Assembly: GCA_965220745.1 (NCBI GenBank)
Contig: CBDCQT010000010.1
Span: forward strand, 704,001 to 768,000
DNA: 64,000 nucleotides
DNA from: Alphaproteobacteria bacterium
GTDB taxonomy: Bacteria > Pseudomonadota > Alphaproteobacteria > UBA828
Direction of reading: 5' to 3'
Both the position numbers and the translations under genes were made by a program. The number at the start of each line of letters is the position of its first letter. Within the stretch, counting starts at the first letter, position 1. Positions 29,376 through 38,491 of the stretch are shown here, piece after piece. The notes under the pieces were generated by a model. That model saw nothing but the letters and a program-made list of their open reading frames with translations. It was not told the DNA's origin and searched no databases.

Positions 29376-29394
29376 AACATTACATTATAACATC
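29376..29394. promoter_or_regulatory. Putative Zur box upstream of znuA
   Basis: ATTACATTATAAC matches 11/13 of the palindrome GTTATAWTATAAC. AT-rich island about 40 nt upstream of the start. Confidence 0.7.
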
Positions 29395-29432
29395 TATTGG
29401 ACCATGCCCGCCTGATCGACGGAGACACGACC

Positions 29433-30479
29433 ATGGATCGTCCGCGCATCGCACTTCGACGTTTACCCCTTACGCTTGCCGCAGTGGCACTCCTCGGCAG
29501 TGCGGCCGCTGCCCCCGCGACGGCCGATGACGAATTGCGGGTGGTCGCCTCGATCAAGCCGGTGCATTCGCTGGTGAGCGCCGTGATGGCGGGCGTGGGC
29601 GAGCCTCACCTGATCATCCGGGGCCACTCGTCGCCGCATACCTTCACCATGCGCCCCTCCGACGCGGCGGCGCTGGAGGAGGCCCATATCGTCTTCATGA
29701 TCGGCGACACGATGGAGACCGCGCTCGTTGAGCCGGTGAACGCGCTCGCCGACAACGCCCACGTGGTCAAGCTGATCGACGCAGCGGGGCTGGTGCGAAG
29801 GCCGATGCGCGAGGGCGGCGCCTTCGAGGACCACGACCACAGCAGCCACGGCCATGGGAGTATGGACGACGACGCGGGTCACGACGATCACGGCCATGGC
29901 CACGGGCATGACGACCACGATGACCATGCCGACGACATGGACGACCACGGCGCCTTCGACCTGCATGTCTGGCTCGATCCGATCAACGGCTGGACCTTGG
30001 CGCGCGCGATCGGCGGCGCCCTGGCCGACGTCGACCCGGCGAATGCAGCGACCTACGAGGCCAACGTCGACGCCCTGCTCCACCGCCTGGACCACCTGAC
30101 CGGGGAGATCGCCCAGGAAGTGGCTCCGGCTCGCGGCGTGCCGTTCATCGTCTTCCACGACGGCTACCGCTATTTCGAGGACCGCTTCGGGCTTACCGCT
30201 GCGGGCTCGGTCGTCGTCAGCCCCGAGCGCGCGCCCGGCGCGCGGCGCATCGCCGAACTTCAAGACAAGCTGCACTCGCTCGGCGTGGTCTGCGTGTTCG
30301 ACGAGCCCCAATTCGACCAGCGCATTGTCAGGACCGTCATCGAAGGCAGCGACGTGAAGACCGGCACCGTGGATCCCATCGGCGCCACGATCGAGGACGG
30401 GCCGGAGCTCTACTTCACGCTGCTCCGCAACATGGCTGCATCGTTCAGCAACTGCCTCTCACCGGAGGGCGGGGCCTAG
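29433..30479 (+). CDS. znuA: Zinc ABC transporter substrate-binding protein
   Basis: VVASIKPVHSLV, SPH, His/Asp-rich loop, DLHVWLDP, FHDGY.YFE, F.EPQF. Confidence 0.9.
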   Translation: MDRPRIALRRLPLTLAAVALLGSAAAAPATADDELRVVASIKPVHSLVSAVMAGVGEPHLIIRGHSSPHTFTMRPSDAAALEEAHIVFMIGDTMETALVEPVNALADNAHVVKLIDAAGLVRRPMREGGAFEDHDHSSHGHGSMDDDAGHDDHGHGHGHDDHDDHADDMDDHGAFDLHVWLDPINGWTLARAIGGALADVDPANAATYEANVDALLHRLDHLTGEIAQEVAPARGVPFIVFHDGYRYFEDRFGLTAAGSVVVSPERAPGARRIAELQDKLHSLGVVCVFDEPQFDQRIVRTVIEGSDVKTGTVDPIGATIEDGPELYFTLLRNMAASFSNCLSPEGGA

Positions 30480-30482
30480 GTC

Positions 30483-31400
30483 CTAACCGCCTACCGCTGC
30501 GGCCTCGGGCTCCTGCTCCTCGCCCTGCTGCAGCGCGAAAATCGAGGTGTAGCCGCCCGACCAATCCGGCGGCAGAAGGCAGGGCCTCGGGTCGAAGTGG
30601 ATCCAGCGCGGGCGCTCGCCCCGCACCAGCTCCCCGTTATGCGTCGAGGGATAATTGTAGGCCGTCACCGGCAGCGCGTCGGCGGACGAGAAGGCGTTGA
30701 GCAGCAGCGGGCGCGAGCGCGCCGGGTGGGCGTTGGGCTTGGAGCCGTGGATCATGCGGCAGTGGTGCACCGTCACCGAGCCCGCCGGGCCCTGCAGATA
30801 GACCGCCTTCTCCACCGGCACCCGCGGGAGGTCCTGCTCGCTGATGGCGCCGGCCCAGCAGTCGTTCCCGTCATAGAGGTCGAACAGCTCGCCCTCGTGC
30901 GCGCCGGGGATCACGCCCATGGGCCCCATGGTCTCGTCCACGTCCTCCAGATAGACGCCGATGGTGAGCACGCTGTAGTTGGTGTGGGGCCAGTACTGGA
31001 TGTCCTGGTGCCACTTCACTTCCTCGCCGCCGCCTGACCATTTGAAGTTGAGCTTGGAGTGGTGGAACATTACGTTGGGCCCGAGCAGGTCCTCGGCCAG
31101 GTCGGTGATGCAGGAACGGCTGGCGAAGCGCCAGTAATCGGGGTGCTGCGCCACCGGCTGGTTGAGGCGCCTGAGCCGGGGCGCTGTCGCGCAATGATCG
31201 GATTCCAGGTCGAACCTGTCGTCCGAGGCGGCCCGGCTCCGGCTCTCGTCGATGAAGTGCTCGCTCAAGTCCCGCAGCGTGGCGAGCCAGTCCTCCGGCA
31301 CGAAGCGTTCCAGCAGCAGGTAGCCGTCGCGGAAGTACGCCTCCCGCTGCGCATCGGTCAGCACCTTGGGGGAATGGGCGAGCACCTGCTCCGGGGTCAT
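30483..31400 (-). CDS. Phytanoyl-CoA dioxygenase (PhyH) family protein
   Basis: WHQD..YWP, H...HGS..N, R..LL Fe/2-oxoglutarate motifs. Confidence 0.9.
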   Translation of the reverse strand: MTPEQVLAHSPKVLTDAQREAYFRDGYLLLERFVPEDWLATLRDLSEHFIDESRSRAASDDRFDLESDHCATAPRLRRLNQPVAQHPDYWRFASRSCITDLAEDLLGPNVMFHHSKLNFKWSGGGEEVKWHQDIQYWPHTNYSVLTIGVYLEDVDETMGPMGVIPGAHEGELFDLYDGNDCWAGAISEQDLPRVPVEKAVYLQGPAGSVTVHHCRMIHGSKPNAHPARSRPLLLNAFSSADALPVTAYNYPSTHNGELVRGERPRWIHFDPRPCLLPPDWSGGYTSIFALQQGEEQEPEAAAVGG

Positions 31401-31496
31401 GGCGGCGCCTCTCGTCCGAATGAGCCGTGCCGCCATGGTGTCACGAGCCGGTGTTCCCCGCCAGTCGCGGTTTGCCCGGTGCTGCCATCACGCGGG

Positions 31497-31539
31497 GGAA
31501 TGGAACGAACCAGTTAAACCGGGGCTTTCACTCATGCGG
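31497..31539. repeat. ~45-bp imperfect direct repeat, copy A
   Basis: ggaatggaacgaac----cagttaaaccggggctttcactcatgcgg aligns with 37039-37085. Confidence 0.75.
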
Positions 31540-31558
31540 CGGCGACGCACTCGCATCC

Positions 31559-32710
31559 CTAGTCCTTCGTCTTCGGCAGGCTCGACAGTGCAAGGACCGC
31601 CTGCGTCACCTCGAATTGCCGCGATCCCCCGAGCTTGGCGAATATGTGCTTGAGGTGCGTGCGCACGGTGCTGTATCCGCGACCGGTTGCCGCAGCAATC
31701 TGGTGCAGGGTCCGGCCCTGGGCGAGCATCACCGCAATCTCGGTTTCCGTCGGCGTGAGCCCCAGAATCGCCTCGACGAGATCCGGCTCGATGCGCGCCC
31801 GGCTCACCGGGTCGACGATCAGCACGAGCGCGGCCACGCGCCGGGAGCGATGGCCCGCGTCCCGGCTCGACACCGGCTTCACGTGCAGCGCCAACCTCGG
31901 CAGCGGCGCTTGTCGCTTCAACAGCATCGAGCCGCTCACGCCCTGTTCAAGCCGGTGCGGCAACGCTCCGGCCAGCAGCGCCTGGAGCCTTTCGTCGTCG
32001 TCCGGCCAGGTGGCGTGCAACTCTTCGTCCGCGTCGGACAGCCCGTCGTTTCGGCGAAGCAGCCCCCGCGCGCCGTCGTTGGTCTCCACGATCCGCCCGC
32101 GCCGATCGAGCTGGACGACTCCCGTGCGGGTGTTGGTGAGGAGTTCGGTGACCGACGCGCCGAGTGCGCCCGCATCCACCAGTGCGGAGCGCACCCGAAC
32201 GTATTGGCGCAGGTGGGGAAGAACCCGCGCGACCATGTCGAGCCGGGAGGTGGCCCAGCCGCTCGAGTCGACCGGATTCCCCACTCCCCAGAGGATGCGT
32301 GAACCGCCGGGACCGTCCAGACGCACGTTCAGGCCGTTCTCGTACTCGAAACGCGGCGCCGCCTCGTTGTAGGCGATCGACGTCCTGCGCTCCTCTTCGT
32401 TGAACAGATTGGCAAAGTGAACGATTTTGCTGTCCGGGAGCTGCCTCCATCGCGGGAGGCTTTCGTCCACGGCGTAGTAGGTCCGAAGGTACTCTTCCAG
32501 CCATGGTGCGCGATCTTCCCCGCGAAGGTAGGTCTTTGCGAAGAAGAATTGAGTATCGTCCGAGGGGAACCCGTCCTCGAACGTCAGAAAGTTGCCCCTC
32601 GCCCCGCAGGCCTCCTCGATGAGCGCGGAGGCCTGCGGCCAGCGGGCGTCGTCGAGCATGGCCTCGTTGAGTGAGTCCACGATCCGCTCGAATGCATCGG
32701 GCTCGCGCAT
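31559..32710 (-). CDS. LuxR-type HTH regulator with PAS-like central domain
   Basis: LPHLRQ.V, GVVQLDRRGRIVETN, C-terminal LTPTE..IA..LA.G...TVRTHLKHIF.KLG. Confidence 0.85.
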   Translation of the reverse strand: MREPDAFERIVDSLNEAMLDDARWPQASALIEEACGARGNFLTFEDGFPSDDTQFFFAKTYLRGEDRAPWLEEYLRTYYAVDESLPRWRQLPDSKIVHFANLFNEEERRTSIAYNEAAPRFEYENGLNVRLDGPGGSRILWGVGNPVDSSGWATSRLDMVARVLPHLRQYVRVRSALVDAGALGASVTELLTNTRTGVVQLDRRGRIVETNDGARGLLRRNDGLSDADEELHATWPDDDERLQALLAGALPHRLEQGVSGSMLLKRQAPLPRLALHVKPVSSRDAGHRSRRVAALVLIVDPVSRARIEPDLVEAILGLTPTETEIAVMLAQGRTLHQIAAATGRGYSTVRTHLKHIFAKLGGSRQFEVTQAVLALSSLPKTKD

Positions 32711-33129
32711 GTCACCCGCACGCTATCGATATCGTCGTTTCGATCGGCCCTGTCCGGTTCTGCTCCGATGCCGCCCCCGGCGCCCGTGCGGCCCTGCGGC
32801 GACGGTGCCACTCGTTGCGGATACGCAAGGGCTGCGGATATGGCTTGCGGCGCAACGTCGTTCACCCTTAACCCCAGTTGCGGTAGCCCAAGCGTAGTAG
32901 AAGGAATTGGTCGCGCAATCCTCCAATTGGGGGATGCCGCGCGCTCCTCACCGCTGCGGCACGCTGTCCCGCAACGCGACGATCCACCTGCGTTCCGGCC
33001 GTTGATAGCGGCGGAACAGTGCTCTACGCGGAGCGGCCAGACGGCCCTGAAAGGCCCGTCTGGCGGCTTCCGACGTCGAAGCGGTGCAGGGTATGCGCGC
33101 CCGGATTAGAACGGCGCTCGAAGGGCATA

Positions 33130-33231
33130 CCTGCTCATAAGTTTTTTTGCCGATCTCCCTCAAACGGGGGACGCGAAAACTCGCCCGACTCGCCTAACCT
33201 GCTCGCGAAGTGGGAGGGAAACGCGGTCGGA
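33130..33231 (+). repeat. ~100-bp inverted repeat, copy upstream of the autotransporter
   Basis: cctgctcataagtttttttgccgatctccctcaaacgggggacgcgaaaactcgcccgactcgcctaac...ggtcgga aligns with the reverse complement of 36624-36728. Confidence 0.8.
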
Positions 33232-33244
33232 GAGGAGGCGCGTC

Positions 33245-36200
33245 GTGCACCGCTACAGTCGCAGCGAGTCCGTTCCCTTCGATTCCTTCGGCGCGCGCGC
33301 GGGCGACGCGGCCCGGCCCGGCGCGCGGAGTCCTTCCGGGGCTGCGCGCGGACACTGCTCCGGGGCGGCGGTGCGCGCGCTGGCGCGCCGGGGCTTCTGC
33401 GCCGCAGCCGGAATTCTGCTGGCCTTCGCCGCGCTCTGCGCGGTGCCCATGCAGGCGCAGGCGCAGAGCACGGTCCTTGTATCCAATACCGGGCGAGCAG
33501 ATAACGGCTCCCGCGATCCCGGCTCTAATGACTATGCCCAGCCCTTCCGAACGGGGAGCAATACCGATGGGTACACGCTCGACAGCATCGTGCTGGACTT
33601 CAACAGCGCGCCTTCCAGCAACAGATTGACCATCACGGTACGCGAGCACGACTCTGGCGACCCGAGCGGAACGGTGCTGTACACGCTGACGAACCCCGCA
33701 TCGTTTTCGAGCGGGCTGAACGAATTCTCCGCGCCGTCGGATGCCTCCCTCGACGCAAACACCACCTATTGGGTGGTGGCGAGCTACTTCTTCAGCACCG
33801 GAGGCCCGACTTGGTGGAGAACGTTGCTGAGCACCGGCATCGACCCGGGCAACGCGGCCGGTTGGCGCATTAACCAGAGATACAAGCAAGCTAACAGGGG
33901 CACCTCGTCTTGGTCGGCAGGAGGAGGAGCGCGCGCGTTCCAGATGCAGGTCAAGGGCACGGCCAAAACATCCGTCACAGCGACGCTCGGATCGCCCGAG
34001 TTCTACGTCCAGGAGCACGCGGACTACTACGCGGACCTGACCTACAGGTTCGACCTCACGCTTACCGAGGCGGTGAGCACCCCGCACCACGAGATGCGCG
34101 ATCACGCCTTCGAGGTGACGAACGGACGGATGGTCAAGGCGAAGCGCATCGGCGGAGACAGCGCCCACTGGCGCATGACGGTGCTTCCCATCGAGACTCT
34201 GGAGCCCGTCACCGTCCGGCTGCGGGGCAACCGGCCCTGCAGTGCGCGGGGCGCGCTGTGCACCGGGGGCGGGGCCCGGATCACCAATTCGCCGGAGCTG
34301 ACCCTGCACTACGAAACCCTCACGATGAACACCGACATCCTGCCGAGCGTCTCGATCGAGAACACGACGGCGCGGGAGAACGACGCGTATCTGGCCTTCG
34401 ACGTGCGCCTGTCGAAGCCGGCGAAACAGACCATCGCGGTCGACTTCGAGACCGTGTCCGGCGGCACCGCCACCGAGGGCGCGGACTACTGGAGGTCACG
34501 CCACAGAATCCTCTTCCGGCCGGGGGAGCGCGAGAAGCCGGCCGCCGTCGAGCTGATCGCGGACACCGTGAGCGACGACGGCGAGACGGTGATGGGCGAA
34601 ATCAGCAACGCGCGGGTCATCGCGGCAGCGGGGCCCGAGTTCGGCGGCGTGACGATCACGAACGCCCAGGCGACGGGCACCATCAACGCGGCCGCGACCA
34701 CGACGACCGCGGTGCCGGACGTGGACATCCGGATCCTCGATACCACCGGGAACGAGGGCGACGGCGGGATGGACTTCCCGGTGCGGCTCTCGCGGGGGCT
34801 GTCCGACTACGTCTGCTACGACTTCGAGACCCTGACCACGGGCACGGCGGACCTGGGGGATGACTACCTCGCGCGCCCGAAGTCGACGCAGTGGATGTGG
34901 CCCAGGGCCACCGAGCAGGAACAGTTCGTGTGGATGGTGGACGACAACATCGACGACAACGGCGAGACGGTGAAGGTGAAGATCAGCAACGCGCGGCTGT
35001 GCAACGACGCGTCTCGGACGATCGCCATCGCCAGAGGGGAGGCGACGGGGACCATCTACAACTCCGACCCGATGCCGCAGGAATGGATCGCGCGGTTCGG
35101 GCGCACGGTGGCGGACCAGGTGGTCGATGCGGTGGAGGGGCGGCTGCACACGGCGCCCTCGGCCGGGGTGGAGATCGGCGTGGGCGGTCAGCGCATCGGC
35201 GTTGCGTCGCCTGCGGCGGGATCGCGCTCCGGCGAGAATTCCTCCGGGGTTGAGATTCCCGGCTCCGGCGCGGCTTCGGCTTCGCCGTTCGGCGGCGCGG
35301 CCGAGGCCGAAGAGGCGGCGCGGCTCGTGGCGATGGCGGAGTGGCTGAACGGGGAGACGCCGGAAAAGGACGCGTCGCACCCCGGGTCCTGGTCGATGAC
35401 CCCGCGCGAGCTGTTGCTGGGCTCATCCTTCTCGCTGGCGGCGGAGACGGACGGCAGCGGCTTTGCCGGGCTCTGGGGCCGGATGGCGCAGGCGCGCTAC
35501 GCGGGCCGCGAGGGAACGCTCAGCCTGGACGGCGACGTGACCACGGCGCTTCTCGGCGCGGACTACGCCTGGGACCGTTGGACGACGGGCCTGGTGCTCT
35601 CGCACAGCACCGGCGAGGGCGGCTACCGGGGCGGGAGTTCCGGCGAGATCGAGGCTGGTGTGACGGCGGTGACGCCCTGGGCGGGCTACGCGCTGACGGA
35701 GCATCTATCGGTGTGGGGCGCGGCGGGCTACGGCTCGGGCGAGCTGACGCTGACGCAGGCGGACGGGACGGCGCTGAAGACCGATCTCGGGATGACGCTG
35801 GCGGCGGCCGGCGCGCGCGGCACGCTGGTCGGCGGCGACGGTCCTGGCCTCGATGCGGTGGCGGATGCGCGCTGGGTGCGGACGACGACGGCGCGGGTAT
35901 CGTCGTCGGCCGGCAACCTGACCGCGGCGCAGGCGTCGGTGACCCGGCTGCGGCTTGGCCTGGAGGGCTCGTGGCCGCTGGCGCTCGGCGACGGGGCGAC
36001 GATGACGCCTCGCCTGGGGCTCGGGGTGCGCCAAGACGGCGGCGATGCGGAGACTGGCCATGGCGTGGATATCAGCGGCGGCGTCGAGCTGGCGTCGCCG
36101 GCGCAGGGCCTGACCGTCTCGCTGGACGGAAGGGGCATGCTGACCCACGAGGCGGCGGACCTGAGGGACCGCGGGATCGCCGGAACGCTCGCCTGGAATC

Positions 36201-36589
36201 CGCCGCCCTCGAACGGCCGGGGTCCGATGCTGACGCTGAGCCAGACGTTCGGGACGGGCGGATCGGGCGGCAGGGACGCGCTGCTCGCGCGCGACACGCT
36301 GGCGGCGCTCGCGGCCAACGACGACGACGACGATCTGCGGCGGCGCCGCCTGGAGGCGCGGTTCGGCTACGGGTCGGCGATGTTCGGCAACCGGTTCACC
36401 GGCACGCCGGAGATCGGCCTCGGCCTGTCGGAGGCGAGCCGCGATTACAGCCTGGGCTGGCGGCTGACCCGCGCCGGAGCCGGGCCGGGGTCGCTGGAGT
36501 TCTTGCTGGAGGCGCACCGGCGCGAAAGCGCCAACGGCACTGCCCTTCCCGAGCACGGGATCGGGTTCAGACTGACGGCGGGGTTCTGA
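33245..36589 (+). CDS. Autotransporter-like outer membrane protein with two Calx-beta-like domains (start uncertain)
   Basis: Signal ending AQAQ; two F.VRLS...YDF/VDF.T...GTA..G.DY...D...DDGET repeats; W.ARFGRT linker; beta-barrel with G.DY, W...GYG.G and terminal F. Confidence 0.82.
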   Translation: MHRYSRSESVPFDSFGARAGDAARPGARSPSGAARGHCSGAAVRALARRGFCAAAGILLAFAALCAVPMQAQAQSTVLVSNTGRADNGSRDPGSNDYAQPFRTGSNTDGYTLDSIVLDFNSAPSSNRLTITVREHDSGDPSGTVLYTLTNPASFSSGLNEFSAPSDASLDANTTYWVVASYFFSTGGPTWWRTLLSTGIDPGNAAGWRINQRYKQANRGTSSWSAGGGARAFQMQVKGTAKTSVTATLGSPEFYVQEHADYYADLTYRFDLTLTEAVSTPHHEMRDHAFEVTNGRMVKAKRIGGDSAHWRMTVLPIETLEPVTVRLRGNRPCSARGALCTGGGARITNSPELTLHYETLTMNTDILPSVSIENTTARENDAYLAFDVRLSKPAKQTIAVDFETVSGGTATEGADYWRSRHRILFRPGEREKPAAVELIADTVSDDGETVMGEISNARVIAAAGPEFGGVTITNAQATGTINAAATTTTAVPDVDIRILDTTGNEGDGGMDFPVRLSRGLSDYVCYDFETLTTGTADLGDDYLARPKSTQWMWPRATEQEQFVWMVDDNIDDNGETVKVKISNARLCNDASRTIAIARGEATGTIYNSDPMPQEWIARFGRTVADQVVDAVEGRLHTAPSAGVEIGVGGQRIGVASPAAGSRSGENSSGVEIPGSGAASASPFGGAAEAEEAARLVAMAEWLNGETPEKDASHPGSWSMTPRELLLGSSFSLAAETDGSGFAGLWGRMAQARYAGREGTLSLDGDVTTALLGADYAWDRWTTGLVLSHSTGEGGYRGGSSGEIEAGVTAVTPWAGYALTEHLSVWGAAGYGSGELTLTQADGTALKTDLGMTLAAAGARGTLVGGDGPGLDAVADARWVRTTTARVSSSAGNLTAAQASVTRLRLGLEGSWPLALGDGATMTPRLGLGVRQDGGDAETGHGVDISGGVELASPAQGLTVSLDGRGMLTHEAADLRDRGIAGTLAWNPPPSNGRGPMLTLSQTFGTGGSGGRDALLARDTLAALAANDDDDDLRRRRLEARFGYGSAMFGNRFTGTPEIGLGLSEASRDYSLGWRLTRAGAGPGSLEFLLEAHRRESANGTALPEHGIGFRLTAGF

Positions 36590-36623
36590 GGCGGCGGGGC
36601 CGGGTCGGGCTGGATGTCGGGTA

Positions 36624-36728
36624 TCCGACCGAGCTTCCACGGTTTCGCGGGAGAGTAAAGTTAGGCGAGTCGGACGAGTTTGTGCGTCCTCCGTTTGGAG
36701 GAGATCGGCAAATAAAGTTGTAGGCAGG
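36624..36728 (-). repeat. ~100-bp inverted repeat, copy downstream of the autotransporter
   Basis: Reverse complement reads cctgcctacaactttatttgccgatctcctccaaacggaggacgcacaaactcgtccgactcgcctaac...ggtcgga. Confidence 0.8.
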
Positions 36729-36741
36729 CCGGTCCGTAGCA

Positions 36742-37040
36742 ATGCCCACCCCGTTCGGCACTGGAAACGACCGCTCCGTCTACTCGATGGCCGCCGCCGA
36801 CTACGACGGCGACGGCTGGGTGGACATCCTCATCGCCAACCACGGCGCCGCGCCCACGGTCTATCGCAACGTCTTCGAGAACGGGCATCATTGGCTCGCG
36901 ATCGATCTCGCCGGCCAGCACGCCAACCCGAACGCCGTCGGCGCGCGGGTCACGGTGCGGACGGCCTCGGGCGATCAGGTGCAGGAGGTGCGGCTCGGGA
37001 CCGCTTATCTCTCTCAGTCGCCGGCAACACCGCACTTCGG
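36742..37040 (+). pseudogene. Fragment of a CRTAC1/ASPIC-UnbV family gene
   Basis: AADYDGDGWVDI (FG-GAP-like), YRN...HWL.I.L.G...N..AVGARV, YLSQ....HFG. Similarity stops at the direct repeat and the N-terminal repeats are missing. Confidence 0.75.
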
Positions 37041-37085
37041 AATGGAACGAACGAGCCATTTAATCCGGGACTTTCACTCATCCGG
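37039..37085. repeat. ~45-bp imperfect direct repeat, copy B
   Basis: ggaatggaacgaacgagccatttaatccgggactttcactcatccgg. Confidence 0.75.
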
Positions 37086-37102
37086 ATCGCAAAAGTTTCG
37101 GA

Positions 37103-37990
37103 TCATTCGCTCCAATATTCACCCATGTTTCGGCGCGAACGCTCCGCATTTTCCACGTTCTCCGCAACCGAGCGTTCGTCGCGCGCCGCGATCATACCGA
37201 CCAGCAGTTCCACGAGGGCAGTGGCGCCGACATGGGACGGGAAAATGTTCGGGCTGTGGACCGAGATGAGCAGGATGTCGTCCGCGCTCGCGGCCAAGGG
37301 CGACGTGCGCCGGTCGGTGACGCCGATGACCCGCACACCCGCCTCCCGAGCGTGCCGGGCGACCTTGATGGATTCGGCCGCACAAGGCTCGACGGCGATG
37401 CAGACGACGACATCGCCGGGCGCCAAGGCGCCTAACAGTTGAAAGTACTCGGCGCTATTGGGCACCAGTAGGTGCCAGTTGTGAAACCCTGTGGCCGCCA
37501 CATGGTGGAGGTAGTTGGCGGATGACTCGGATGTGAGCATCCCGATCACTAGCACGCTACGCGCGTCCGCCAACGCCTGCACCGACCGCTCCAGGGCAGC
37601 GCGATCAATGTGGTCGAACAAGGTATGGATATTGGTCAGCGCCGCCTGTTGAAAGGCATTGAGATCGTGGTCGAATTTGTCTTCGCGGGCGATCACATGT
37701 ACTTGGCCGCCCTGAAGGGAATAACCCGTCGCTTGGTCGTTGATACTATCGCGGAAGAGCGCGCGAAACTCTTCGTAAGTTCGGAAGCCAACCTCCTTGG
37801 CGAGCCGGTTCATGGTGCTTGGAGGCACCCCTGCCCTCGCCGCCAACCGGCGCATGGAGAACGTGGCAACCTCGCTCGGATGCTCCATGATATAGGCGGC
37901 AGACTTCTTGAGCTGACGACTGAGCCTGGGATAAGCCCGTGTCAGGATGTCGATTCCTTCGCCGAATTCCACGCGCATCGCTATCTCCAA
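37103..37990 (-). CDS. MurR/RpiR family transcriptional regulator
   Basis: LS..L...A.YI..HP, S.R.LA..AGV.PST..R....GF, SIS domain VIGVTD...SPLA..AD. Confidence 0.9.
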   Translation of the reverse strand: MEIAMRVEFGEGIDILTRAYPRLSRQLKKSAAYIMEHPSEVATFSMRRLAARAGVPPSTMNRLAKEVGFRTYEEFRALFRDSINDQATGYSLQGGQVHVIAREDKFDHDLNAFQQAALTNIHTLFDHIDRAALERSVQALADARSVLVIGMLTSESSANYLHHVAATGFHNWHLLVPNSAEYFQLLGALAPGDVVVCIAVEPCAAESIKVARHAREAGVRVIGVTDRRTSPLAASADDILLISVHSPNIFPSHVGATALVELLVGMIAARDERSVAENVENAERSRRNMGEYWSE

Positions 37991-38491
37991 ACGACCGTGT
38001 CAGCGATCCGCATGGAACTCCACCACTGGTGCCCCAACATCGCCAACCAACCAGCGCGTCTCCTCCACAGCGACTGCCGGACATCGATCTTGCGCATCCG
38101 TCCCGTCGTTGATTCTTCGAGCGCGCATACCATTCTGTTCGATCAAGCGCATAAGCCTTGTTCCGAGAGTCTCTAATTCGGTATATTTGTCAATATAAAT
38201 CGGAGTATTTTGAAAAAATAATATCATAATTACTGAAACACATGAATTTGTTCGTGAGAGAAGGCGAAAACTAAAACGCGTGATGCACGGGCATAAGTTC
38301 GAAAGTTTGAATGGACCGGTAATCGTCGCGCTGCCACGGTAGACCGCGCCGAACCAAGTTCCGGCGGGGCGCTCCACGACCGGAACGCGCTTCCGTTCGG
38401 GTCCCTTTCACGCCGGCCGTCGCGATAGCCGGGGCGGGCGAGGGAGTGCTATAACGGCGCGCCCTCGATCCTCGCGCGGCGGGACGGCCCC

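Noticed and set aside
31497-31539. tRNA-derived att site (GGTTCG on the minus strand)
   Set aside because: No T-arm pairing, acceptor stem or CCA context.
33130-33231. c-di-GMP-I riboswitch (GGGACGC resemblance)
   Set aside because: No GCAAA junction or GNRA-capped P2, and the second copy faces antisense into a gene end. Not supported without an Infernal search.
33192-36666. Integron attC site (GCCTAAC...GTTAGGC)
   Set aside because: The two cores are about 3.5 kb apart rather than within one short hairpin, and no integron integrase is present.
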